A stretch of DNA of 64,000 nt, from positions 217,064,001 to 217,128,000 of the forward strand of contig NC_058368.1 in the NCBI RefSeq assembly GCF_018350175.1. Direction: 5' to 3'. Every line of letters begins with the position of its first letter. Position 1 is the first letter of the stretch. Of this stretch, positions 50,601-62,066 are shown piece by piece. The position numbers and the translations under genes were made by a program. The notes below the pieces were generated by a model. The model searched no databases, had not been told where the DNA came from, and worked only from the letters and a program-made list of their open reading frames with translations. Source of the DNA: Felis catus (lineage: Eukaryota).

Positions 50601-52409
50601 CTCTGTCTCTTTCCTTATCTCTCCTTATGAGTCTGGCTAGAAGTTTGTCAATTATGTTGATCTTTTCCAAGAACCATTTTCTAATTTCATTGATATGTTC
50701 CATTGTTTTGTTTTGTTTTGTTTTGTTCCTATATCTTATATTTCTGCTCTAATCATGTTTATTCCTTTCCTTCTGCTGGTTTGGGTTTTGTTTGTTCTTT
50801 TTCTAGCTCCTTTAGGTGTGAAGTTAGGTTGTTTATTTGAGATTTTTCTTGCCTGTTGTGGCTATATGCTTCCATCTTGGAACAGCTTTTGCTGCAACCC
50901 AAAGATTTTGGATTGTTGTGTTCTCATTTTCATTTCAATCCATGTAGTATGTTATTTATTTTTTGATTTCTTGGTTGACTCATTCATTGTTTAGTAACAT
51001 GTTACTTAACCTCCATTTGTGCCCTTTCCAGATTTTTTCTTGTGTTTGATTTCTAAATTCATAATGTTGTGGTCACAATAAAATGAATGCTATGACTTCG
51101 ATCTTTTTAAATATGTTGAGACTTCTTTTGTGGTCTAATATGTGATCTATTCTGGAGAATGTTCTATGTGTACTTGAAAAACATATGTATTCCTCTGTTT
51201 TAGGATGGAATGTTTTAAATATATCTGTTAAATCCATCATCTGATCCAGTGTGTCATTCAAAGCTACTGTTTCCTTGTTGATTTCTGTTTGGAGGGTCTG
51301 TTCATTGGTGTAAATGGTATGTTAAAGTCCTCTACTATTAACATATTATCAACTAGTTGTTTTATGTTTGTTTTTAGCTGTTTTATGTATTTGGGTGCTT
51401 TCATGTCGTGTGCATAAATATTTACAATTATTATATCTTCTTGTTGGATTTTCCCCTTTATTATATAGTGTCCATCATCTCTCATCACAGTCTTTGTTTT
51501 AAAGTCTATTTTGTCTAATATAAGTACTATTACCTCAGGTTTCTTTTGACATCCATTTGCATAATAAATGTTTCTCCATCCCCTCCCTTTCTTTTTATTT
51601 TTTAAATTTTTTTTTTAATTTTAATTCTGGTATAATTAACGTACAGTGTTATATCAGTGGCAGGTGCATCCCTTCATTTTCAATCTATATTTTAGGTCTG
51701 AAATGAGTCTCTTAAAGGCTGCATCTATATGGGTCTTGTTTTTTTTTAATCATTCCTGCACCCTCTGTTTTCGATTAGAGAATTTAGTCCATTTATATTC
51801 AAGTAATTATCAATATATATGCCACTTTAGTATGTACTTTGTGGTTGTTTTGTAGTTCTTTTTTGTTTGTAGTTCTCTGATTTTTTTTTCTCTTTCTTTC
51901 ATGGTTTGCTGGTTTTCTATAGTTATATACTTAGATTCTTTTTCTTTAGTTTTTGCATATCTATCACTGGTTTTTGATTTGTGGTTACCATTAGGTTTGC
52001 ATCTAACATCTACATATAGCAGTCTATATTGTGTTTATGGTCGCTGAGGCTTAAACCATTCTTTACTCGTCCCCCACCGTGTTTTAGGTATATGGTGTTA
52101 TGTTTTACACCCTTTTATTGGTGAATCTCTTGACTGACATTACAGATATTCTTATTTTTACTGCTTTTGTGTTTCCTATTTTTCTTACTCTTATTTAAGG
52201 TCTTTCTTTTCCACTCAGAGTTCCCTTTGACATTTCCTATAGAGCTGGGTTAGTGGTCATGAACTTCTTTAGCTTTTGTTTGTCTGAAAACCTGTTTATT
52301 TCTGTCATTTTCTGGATTATTTATGCAGATGTGAGCATTATCTAGTTGCATCTGTGGGACAAGGTGAAACGAGGGTCTTCTTACTCTGCCATCTTCCTAG
52401 CCTCTTCCA
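47700..52409 (-). mobile_element. Carnivore-type L1 with both termini and a TSD, internally deleted; inserted in an older plus-strand L1ME-like fragment
   Basis: TSD aaaagaggttgaat at 47686-47699 and 52410-52423; 5' start GGAAGAGGCTAGGAAGATGGC on the minus strand; ORF2 peptides GHYIIKGKIQQEDI, HRTFSRIDHILDHK and [24 protein letters not shown]. Confidence 0.9.
51592..51666 (-). mobile_element. ~75-bp extremely 5'-truncated L1 nested in the L1 above
   Basis: T-rich tail plus ...aattaacgtacagtgttatatcagtggcaggtg, similar to 47705-47760; TSD catcccctccctttc / catcccttcattttc. Confidence 0.75.
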
Positions 52410-52546
52410 AAAAGAGGTTGAATCTTATGCATAATCCATATTAAAATGCCTGACAACTACAAGAATTTCACTAATATGAAACTAGGTAATCCTTATGCAC
52501 TACCTAGCAAAAGGATAAATTATTGCAACCACTTTAAAGCCAAATT

Positions 52547-52758
52547 CTTTTTCTTTTTAAATATTTTTAATGTTTATTTATTTATGAGAGAGAGAAAGAA
52601 AGAGAGATGGGAAGGGGCAGAGAGAAAGGGAGAAATAGGATCTGAAGCAGACTCTGCACTAATAGAAGAGAGCCTGATGTGGGGCTCGATCTCCAACTGT
52701 GAGATCATGCCCTGAGCCGAAGTCGAATTGCTTAACTGACTGAGCCACCCAGGGTCCC
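52547..52758 (-). mobile_element. Can-SINE
   Basis: TSD taaag(c/a)caaatt. Confidence 0.88.
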
Positions 52759-52889
52759 TAAAGACAAATTATTAATAAATTTAGATATATTATAAATTCT
52801 ATTTCTAGTCATACACACACTGTTCTAGAGAAAAGATTCTATCTAAGTTGTTTCTCCAAAAGAAAAGATTCTATCCAAGTCGTTTCTCC

Positions 52890-53037
52890 TGATTTACTTC
52901 CAGTAGTAAAGTTAATTGGTTAGAAAACTTAATCCATTTGTAAAGTTATCTCCCCTTTGCAATATAATGTAACATGTTCACAGGTTCCAGGGATTAGGAC
53001 ATGGGCATCTTTGGGGGTTATTATTCTTCCTACTACA
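52890..53037 (-). mobile_element. MLT1-type LTR fragment
   Basis: gtaacatgttcacaggttccagggattaggacatgggcatctttggggg...cctactaca. Confidence 0.65.
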
Positions 53038-53875
53038 ATTATTCCAAAATTAACTACATTTTTTGAATGCGTATATCACTGTCAAATCAATGAAGAAAAG
53101 TAGAGCAATCATTTTCACTAAAGTTAGGAGAGTGATAACTTCTAAGGAGGGAGGTAAGAGGTGTAAACAAGCGGGGGGGGGGGGCTAGTGCAAACCTCTC
53201 TGGCAATGACTGATTTCTGAAACAAAAGTTACACATGGCTTCATATTGTCGCTGCTTACCCTACATCAGTGAGTAGAGTATTGAAGTGAGATATGTTCTA
53301 CAATTTAAAATTATCAGAATTTTTTTCTCCCTTGTAATTCTAAAGGTTACTGTTTTTCAAAATCTATTTAAGATGACTACAAAATAAGAAAGCCCATACA
53401 CACAAACACACACACACAGAAGTCATATTTTTTGTACACAAAGGTCTATTATTCAATTAAGCCAAAACAAAATGAAAATATCTGGAGCAAATGTATTGGG
53501 TTAATTCCACTTTCACTTCACTTTCAATCTAGACCATGCTTTGACCTCTGTGACACAGGAGTGTGGCTTCTATCAGCTTGGTTCCTTTGCAATCTGGTTT
53601 CAGGTAAGGTCTAGAAAATGATAGGTACTGACAGGAGATTAGGAATTCAGTAGGTACAGTGAGGAAAAAGTATTTTTACTATTTTATTTATTCAATATTT
53701 GAAAAAATAAAACACACAGGTATGTTATTTTGTTATATATAAGAAGCTCAATGAGTATGACTGAACATGAAAAATCATTATTTGTGGTTGTTATTGTTCC
53801 ATTCATTTATCCTTCTTTCCTCCTCCTTCCCTCTCCTCTTTCTCCTTCTTCTTGTTCAAATTCTTTTCCTCCTAT

Positions 53876-54031
53876 GGGGCACCTGGGTGGCTCAGTCGGT
53901 TAAGCATCCAACTTCAGCTCAGGTCATGATCTCACAGTTTGTGGGTTCGAGCCCCGCGTCAGGCTCTGTGCTGACAGCTCAGAGCCTGGAGTCTGCTTCA
54001 GATTCTCTGTCTCCCTCTTTCTGCCCCCCCC

Positions 54032-54080
<49 letters not shown>

Positions 54081-54102
54081 AATAAACATTAAAAATTTTT
54101 TT
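53876..54102 (+). mobile_element. Can-SINE inside a pyrimidine-rich low-complexity tract (53810-54240)
   Basis: Flanked by aattctttt(t)cctcct. Confidence 0.92.
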
Positions 54103-55072
54103 AATTCTTTTCCTCCTCCCATTTCTGTTTTTCCTTCCATTTCTCCTCCTCCTCCTAAAGCTCCTCCCCCTCCTCTTCCTCCTCCACCTGCTTCTGTTTC
54201 CACTGCTTCTTCTCTTCTTCTGTAGTTTTCCTTCTTTTCCTAATTTTGTTGCTCCCAGTCTTTCAGGGAGATATGATTTTTCTTACTGGTCTTCCTTTGA
54301 GCCAAAGGATAAAAGACCAGAGGACAACACAGTTGTATCAAATAATCTTGCCATTGCTTTACAAAATAGTCTACAAAGAAGTGCTTTCTAGAAGCCACTG
54401 TAAATAAAAATATTTTCCCATTCCTACCTCCTCTGCATCCTTAGCTTTATTAATGTCAAACAGTAATCTAATGTATGAAAAGAAACAATAGGAAAAAAAC
54501 AACTATAAGTTATAATTGGACAGCTACTGATACCCTTTTTCATTCTGGCCATGAGTGAAAACATTCACTCCTACACATGAATTTTTAGGCACAGTACCAT
54601 GAAACGGTAAAGGAAGAAAATACTCAAATGAACATTTGATTGTGATAGAACATCACATGCAATCTTGAATCTGAATTGAACTGTTCACTTTTTTTTCTTT
54701 TCCCCTGATTATTATTCAAAACTTATTACCTTTTATACTTCTCATCTGTCAGAGTTGAGGGAGAAAGAGTAAGAGAACCTAAGTTTATAGACTGCAGACA
54801 GTTATTAGATTCTGACGAAAATATTTTGACTTTTTCATCTACACATAGATTTTCATCTACACTAGTATGTATGTATGCAATTATTATTGTAGTATTTCCA
54901 TGAAGAACTCTACATATGAGAGACTTTATGTTATAAAGACAAATTGTACTGTCTCTGAGGTCAAACTGCCTGAACTCAAAGCCCGATTATGCAAATTCTT
55001 GACCATGTGATCATTTATAAGTAATCTAACCTTTATAATCTTATGTCAGTCATCTATAAACTTGGCAGAATA

Positions 55073-55222
55073 GGGGCACTTGGGTGGCTCAGTCACTTAA
55101 GCATCTGACTTCAGCTCAGGTCACGGTCTCACAGTTTGTGAGTTCAAGCCCTGCATCAGGCTGTCTGCTGTCAGCACAAAGCCTGCTTCAGATCCTCTGT
55201 CCCCCTCTCTGTCTGCCCCTCC

Positions 55223-55258
<36 letters not shown>

Positions 55259-55296
55259 CTCAAAATAAATAAATAAATAAATAAATATTAAAAAAA
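55073..55296 (+). mobile_element. Can-SINE
   Basis: Head, (CT)n, tail; aaacttgg flanks. Confidence 0.9.
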
Positions 55297-55379
55297 AACT
55301 TGGGATAATAATACTGACTTTAAATATTTTATAAGCCTTAAGTTATATACATATAATATCTTTTAAAATATGTAGACTA

Positions 55380-55585
55380 GGGGCGCCCGAGTGGCTTAGT
55401 CTGTTGAGAGTCTGACTTCAGCTCGTCATGATCTCATGGCTGATGGGTTCAAGCCCTGCATCAGGCTCTGTGCTGACAGCTCAGAACCTGGAGCCTGCTT
55501 CAGATTCTGTGTCTCCCTCTCTCTCTGCCCCTCCCCTGCTCACACTTTGTCTCTCTCTCTCAAAAATAAACCTTAATTTTTTTTT
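55380..55585 (+). mobile_element. Can-SINE
   Basis: TSD aaa(a/g)tat(g/a)tagacta. Confidence 0.9.
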
Positions 55586-56845
55586 AAAGTATATAGACTA
55601 AATTTAGCATTCATACATATTAGTTATCAGTTTATGGCAAAAAGAATAATCTATGACATTTCAATGTATATAAAGCATACTTATATTTCTTGATGTAATT
55701 AAATGTGTATTTGTATTGTATTTACTCATTTGTTCTTTGGCTTTTCTAAAAATAATTGGAAGTTGATAATAATAAAAGATCTATGAAATAAAACATTTAA
55801 AATAAAAAATTAAGTCTTTAGTTCTTTAGGGTAACTGCCTGCATTTTCTGCTAAAGTTATTTAAAGGGTTGGAGGCAATAAATTGTTAATGATCATAATC
55901 GTATGATCCAGATCATAGAAACCAACTAGAACTTAATTTTTAAATGGACCTTAGAATGTTTTATTGAGTTGATATACTTTCACTCTTTTGATTCTATTGC
56001 ACATCAATCTTCATGGTGTCTGTTTTATATTTTCATTGATATGGCATGTCGAGAGAGGGGTAGGCTAGAAGAATGTTTTCCACTTCTATCCTTAATTTGT
56101 TTTCATTTCTACAAATTTTTGGTGAGAACCTCCTTGACTGCCGTCCTTTTAACTTTGTTATTTGAGAGCACGTTTTAGTTCTGAATCTGGCACGCTGACT
56201 CCCTAACTGCATTCTACAGTTTCAACTATTGCTATTTATTTCTATATGTGAAATACTTCCATTCAAAACATTATTCAAAATAAAAGAACTAAGTAATAGT
56301 CATATATTGTGGATGCTTTATTGGTAAGAAAACTGGGTCTCTTAGAAACCAGAGATCTAGTAACTAGAAATGCAGAGGCTAAAACAGACCATTGGAATCC
56401 AAGTCCGTTCCCTTTCTAGATAGTACTCTCATATGTAAATGCATTCTAATGCATAATAATGTTATAATAACTCAATTTTATTATATTATTGTACTTATAT
56501 TATCCAGCATAATCTGTGGTCTGCTCTGAGGTGATTTATTTCATTTGCTTTATCCAGCATTGCTTATATAAGTTATCTGAATACTTACACTAAGTTATCT
56601 GAATGAACTGTTTCACATTATGCTCTGATGATGGCATTAGTGCTTTGTGTCTCTTCCGGGTATTGCAGACTCAAAAATATAAAGCTCATTAACATGAAAC
56701 AGCTCCCTGAGGAGATATGCTATGTGAAATTCAATGTTTACAAACATTTATAGCCCTATTAATCAAAAAAGTTGTCCATTAGTTGGCAGTAAATCACTGT
56801 GATTTGCATTGAAATATGCTACTTACCCTTAGTGGCTATGCAGCT

Positions 56846-56874
56846 ATATATATATAATATATATATTACATCTG

Positions 56875-56917
<43 letters not shown>
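56846..56917. repeat. (TA)n microsatellite
   Basis: Direct reading. Confidence 0.9.
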
Positions 56918-56919
<2 letters not shown>

Positions 56920-58977
56920 GTGTGTATAACTTAGGATGAAACAATTATGCAATATTATATTTTAAGTTAAAGAAATCCACCCACAAGTTGAACGAAGAAT
57001 ACATATTTATTGCCATGTTCAAATCTTTGACAATTTATGTATTTGATTTTCAATAGTGGTCCCTAAATCATATATTTTTTTTAAAACTTACCTTAATAAG
57101 TATTACTTTGAATTCTGAGACAGACTTAACATAATCATTTTAATCCTGAATGGTAATACTCCATCTATCTAATTTCAGTGAATGAATCTAGTTACAACAC
57201 AGGAAGAAAAGTCAGGATTTTATATTAAGAATTTTATATTAATCAATTTATTAAATATGGGTTAACATAGCCAATGTGATTCGGTTTCACTAATTTATTC
57301 ATTTATTTAACAAATATTCATTAAGTTCCTAAAATGTGTCAAGGTCTTTATAGTAGACACAATGTGAAAGGAAGAAATGTCTTTATTTTATAATTTACAT
57401 GAAAAGGAGGCACAAAAATAAAAACTAAGTCAAAAAATAAAGGACAGAGAGGAAGGGGGTCTTTGGAAAAGAAAAAACCTATAACCATACAACAACCGCA
57501 ACAAATAAGAGGTAAGTTGTTTTCATAATAACTTTCCCATTCAGGAAAAGCAAGAGACACTGCCTTCAGAAAACCCCATTCACCAAAGTGGAGAGAAATG
57601 TAACATAAAGAAAAGGAACTCCGGACTGCCGATGGTAGTGGGTTGAGGTTGAAAGCCCTTACAGCAACAGTTGTGATCTAGCAAATGTGATCATGCATAG
57701 GAAAATCAGGATTGAATATGTTGCATGTTTTAAACATAAACAAAGTCAAGTATATTAGAATCAACTTGACTAAAGAAAGTTACAGTGTTCTTTTATTAGA
57801 TCTTACAGTGCAAATGACTACTTATCCTCAATTTTATAAATGCAATCATATCTAAATTAAAATTGCTGCAAAATTACTAATATCAAACTTCTTACAAAAC
57901 CACATGGTCTGCAGTTACATGGACTTTGGTTCAAATTTCAGACTACTATTATCTGAGTTATGTTGTTCTTGGGCATTTGACCAATCTCCGTGCTCCAATC
58001 TCTTACAGGAGGACAAAAATATCACCTCTCATAATAATAAGGGGAGGAAATAAGATCACTTATAAAGCATCTAGTATACTGTCTGATATTCAAAAAGTAC
58101 TTTTTGAATGTTGATTTTTTTTTCCTTTCTTCTTCATATGCTGTGTAACTGAGAAGCTTATTTGACCACCTAAATATGTGCTTCCTTTTCAGATTTGTCA
58201 CTTGGAAGTATTTGCTCACTGAAGGACTATATTCTCCAGATCCATTTCTATTTGTTATGGCCATGTTGATAGTTCTAATAAAATAGGATTAAAATGTTGT
58301 GCTCTTCACGGCAGGAATATTAAAAATCAGTGTTCCGGACGTCTAGATTTAGTTTCAACATGTAAAGAGATTGGAAGTTATCACTTCCATTCTAAACAAA
58401 GAAACAGAAGCAACAACAACCAAAAAAAAAAAAAAAAAGGACCCATGAAAGAACTTAAGGTGCAAGGCAAACAGTGATACTGAAATCTGGGCAGAAAGAT
58501 GAATAGCAATAATCAACACAGATCTATTTACCTGGAGCAGGACTTTCTGGAGCCGTAAACTGTAAGGTACAGTTAAATGGGAACGTTGTGAAATCGCCCT
58601 GGCTGAATATGCACTAACAAGAACATGAGAAACTCCTCAAAGCCACAGTCTTGTGGGTGAGTAGGGAGGCAGCTACCCTACCCAATTCTCACTTTAGAGT
58701 CAAGGAAAACATTGTGGGTCTGGTTCATGAAAGGGAAGAAACTTTATAAAATATGTCCAAGTAGTTCTACAAAACAAAGTCCTACTATATGTGGGAAAAG
58801 ACTTCACTAGGGCCTTCTAGGGGGTAGGACATGTCCTTAAATCCTGTACTTTTTTACTTCCTGGTCTTATAGCTGGTGAAAATAGTTATACCATGCTAAA
58901 ACTTACCAAAAACAAAACCAAAAACAAAAGCATGAAAAACTGTATTAATTTCAGAAAAGCAGGTAAGATAATACCTT

Positions 58978-59994
58978 TGTTGCAGGATTTTTTTTTAACC
59001 TCAATACCCAGGATTCATTGTCTCTTGATATGCCCTGATTCGAGAGACTCCCCAAAAACAAACCACCAGAGTCCAGAGTCAAAGTCAAGCGGCAAGGGTC
59101 GTTTACTGCAGGTTCGAACCCTGTCCTCCGCACACTCCTTGCCGGTGATGCTAAGAGGCCCCGAGCGAGGATCTTACAGCTTCTTTTATAGACAGGCACA
59201 AAGAAGTTAGGGATTTTTTGGGGTTTTTTTTTGCGGTTACAGAGCTGTTATTGGTTGACATTTAAATTTGAACACTCAGCAGAACTTGATTGGTTCCCGC
59301 CTTTTTTTTCAAACCACTCAGCAGAACTTGATTGGTTCCCGCCTTTAGGTCAGACCACAACCGGGCACGCCCTGGCTGGTTCCAGAACGGCAGGGAGGAG
59401 GGGAGGTCTTTTCTTTGCAGTTGTGAGTACACCTGGTAATTTTTCTCTTACTCTCTCACTCTCTACTTTGAAGAATGAAGAGGTGGGTGCAAAATGAGCA
59501 GCAGGCAAAAGTTTATTAGAGCATAAGATGAGAAAGTAAGAATAGTATGAAAGCTCTCTTTGCAGAGAGGGGGCATTTGAAAGTGAATGCCCGTGACAAT
59601 AGGCAAGGGTCTTTGTTTTGTAAGGTTCTGGTCACCTCCCCATCTTCCCCCTTGTTCCTGCTCAGTTCCTACCTTTACTGGCTGGATAATTCTGGGTGCT
59701 GGGTTGTTCATTCTTGATTGGCCTTGAGTCCATTATGTGTGGAGTCAGACTATGGTCATACTGTCCCTTGTGGAACATTAGTTTTACGGGTTACTTATTT
59801 TAGTTAGGTATTTTGATTGTCAAATTCCTGAAGGGAAACTGAGGGGGAAGTGGGTGGTTTCTCTTACATTCTTAAGAGAAATCGTTTGGTATTGTCAGAG
59901 GCTCCCAGTGTTGTCCCAAAATATGTGTTCTTCTCCACCCAGGAGGAAGAACTCAGGTCCTAACTTTTCCCTCTCTGCCTATTATATCGTGTCA
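58978..59994 (-). mobile_element. Older ERV-type solo LTR hosting a nested LTR
   Basis: TGttgcagg ... cgtgtCA candidate termini; reverse AATAAA near 59512; sequence reads continuously across the removed insert (ttgt-ctct-ctactttg). TSD not clear. Confidence 0.6.
59026..59458 (-). mobile_element. Young ERV1-type solo LTR (433 bp)
   Basis: TG...CA termini; TSD ctct (59022-59025, 59459-59462); minus-strand TATAAA 59185-59190 and AGTAAA 59102-59107; three CCAAT boxes; CpG-rich. Confidence 0.85.
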
Positions 59995-60290
59995 TTTCCT
60001 GTTATACTATCTTAATGAAGATATACCCATTAAACATGTTAGGCTGTTACAACACAATACACTGGTTGTATTATTGTCTTTATTGTAAAGTCACAAATAA
60101 TATTGGTCAAAATATATAGGTGGTATCTGTTTCCCATATGGCAAGTCCAGCGGTAGGCAGTCCAAGACTAACATACCATCAAGCTCCAAGCTTGTTTTCT
60201 TCTCACCCCAGCAATTTCATCACATGGGCCTCTTTCACCAGTATTCCTTTCACTTTCTGGACACCAGATGGTTTGCAGTTCCAGTCACAA

Positions 60291-61000
60291 TGATGAGGAA
60301 GCAAAAGGCAAGCCAACACCTGGCAAACACCCTCCTTCCAGGTAGGATATGTGTGATATTCCTCAGGCACTCCTGACCACCCAGGCACAAAGGAAAGGAA
60401 AGAAGACAAATGAATGGTTAACTAAAAGAGATCACGGTCATTCAGGACATGAATGTAAACATAAGTTTACAAATGTCTTACTAAATTATAGGAAAAAGGC
60501 AATTTTATCAATAGTCTAATCTCCAGTAACCTATAGACTTAGTTTTCTGGAGCCCCCAAATCACCCTCCTTCGATAGTGATGTGGGGAAGAAAGACAAGA
60601 AGGAAATGGCAGCTAAAATTCAATATCTTTATAACCTGTAGCCCATTAACAAATACTTGAGGCTAATATGAAGTATAACATTTCTCCAGGAACCCCCTAC
60701 TGTCCTAATGTTAATGCCTTACTAGGGGGGAATACAAGCTTAGCTTGATAATAGCAAGTCCCTTGGCATCTCAGGAGTCCTCTTTAGCATATGAAAGTCC
60801 GTCTGGAGGCCTCCCTTTTGCCTTTACCTCTGTGAACTCCATAGTATGTATCCAGTCACTCCTCACAACCCCGGTGCAGCTCTTTCTACCCATGGATCCT
60901 GTCCCTGTGCTTTAATAAAATCACCTTTTTGCACCAAAGAAGTCTCAAAAGTCTTTCTTGGCCATTGGCCCCAGACCCCCACCACTCCAAAACCCCATCA
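60291..61000 (+). mobile_element. ERV1-type solo LTR (710 bp)
   Basis: TGATGAG...CATCA termini, TSD acaa/ataa, AATAAA near 60914; clearly homologous to the reverse complement of 62067-63304. Confidence 0.85.
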
Positions 61001-61348
61001 ATAACATCTATTTCTAAGCAGGAGGTGAAAGAATGAAGGAAGACCAGCACAGGTAACAGAAACAGACTATTGGTCCTGAGTTAGTAAACTGAAACTATCC
61101 TAGCATTAGGTTAAGTTGAGGATATAGTTAGAAGCAAAATTAAGAATTGCCTTGTAGTTTAAGGTGAAATATGACAATAGGTAAACTTTATTCTCAGTAC
61201 AATGTGAAGCCATCTAATGATTTTAAAATGAGGAATTAAATTACCTCTGTTATATTTAAAAAAATATTCTGGCTTACTATGTGGGCGATGAATTGATAGT
61301 AATAAATGGAGACAAAAAAGATAAAATCAGATGATATTAGAAGTGATT

Positions 61349-61470
61349 AGGGGCACGTGGGTGGCTCAGTCGGTTAAGCATCTGACTTTGGGTCCGGTAG
61401 CAGTCTCACAGTTCATGGGTTCCAGCCATGCATCTAGCTCTGTGCTGACAGCTCAAACAAACAAAAAAAG
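61349..61470 (+). mobile_element. Can-SINE lacking its CT-rich 3' part
   Basis: Head runs to gacagctc and then directly into an A-rich tail. Confidence 0.75.
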
Positions 61471-62066
61471 ACATAACCAATGATGGTTTGACTACAGTCT
61501 CACTGATTGAGAAAGAGAGATGGAATGACTTGAGCACAGTTTGGATGAAGACTTTATAGTATTTGTTGAGAACTGGATATAATAAGCATTTTAGTGGATA
61601 TAATGTAATGAGCAAAGTGGATGAACAAAATGACTCCTACCTTTTGGTATGATCTAGTTGGTTAATTAAGTGAGGGGGGTGGAGGGAGAGACACATTTGG
61701 AAGAATGCATTATCAAAATTCTATCTTGAACATGTGAAATTCAAGATGGCCTTAGACTTCTGAGCAGCTGTATGCAGTCGTAAATTACACATTGACTTGG
61801 AACTTGGTAGTAATCTAGAATGGAGATGTACAACTTAAGAATTATCACCATGTGCATGTCTTCACCGTTTGAGAATATATGCAGTCATAGGTAGGTAGAG
61901 AAAGGCTTGGGATCAAGCCCCGAGAGACCCAGTGTTTAGTACACACATAATGAAGGAGAAGCTCATAGGAGTAGACTCATAAGGTGTAGCCTTCGAGCTA
62001 GAGGAAAACCAGGAAACTGTTACAGAGTCTATTTCAGGAGAATGGTGAATGAAGCAATGAACCAAG

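Noticed and set aside
52828..52889. Short direct duplications (also 6027-6060 and 49717-49754)
   Set aside because: Two-copy slippage duplications within or next to old repeats; not CRISPR-like or functional arrays
53767..54225. Longest ORF (152 aa) with signal-peptide-like start and proline-rich end
   Set aside because: Read-through of a pyrimidine-rich tract and a Can-SINE
8741..55272. Recurrent peptides like WVAQSVKRPTSAQVMI and RERQSMNGGGAEREGDTES
   Set aside because: Translations of Can-SINEs, not a gene family
58193..58285. Strong plus-strand acceptor cttccttttcag with short frames
   Set aside because: No clear donor or recognisable peptide
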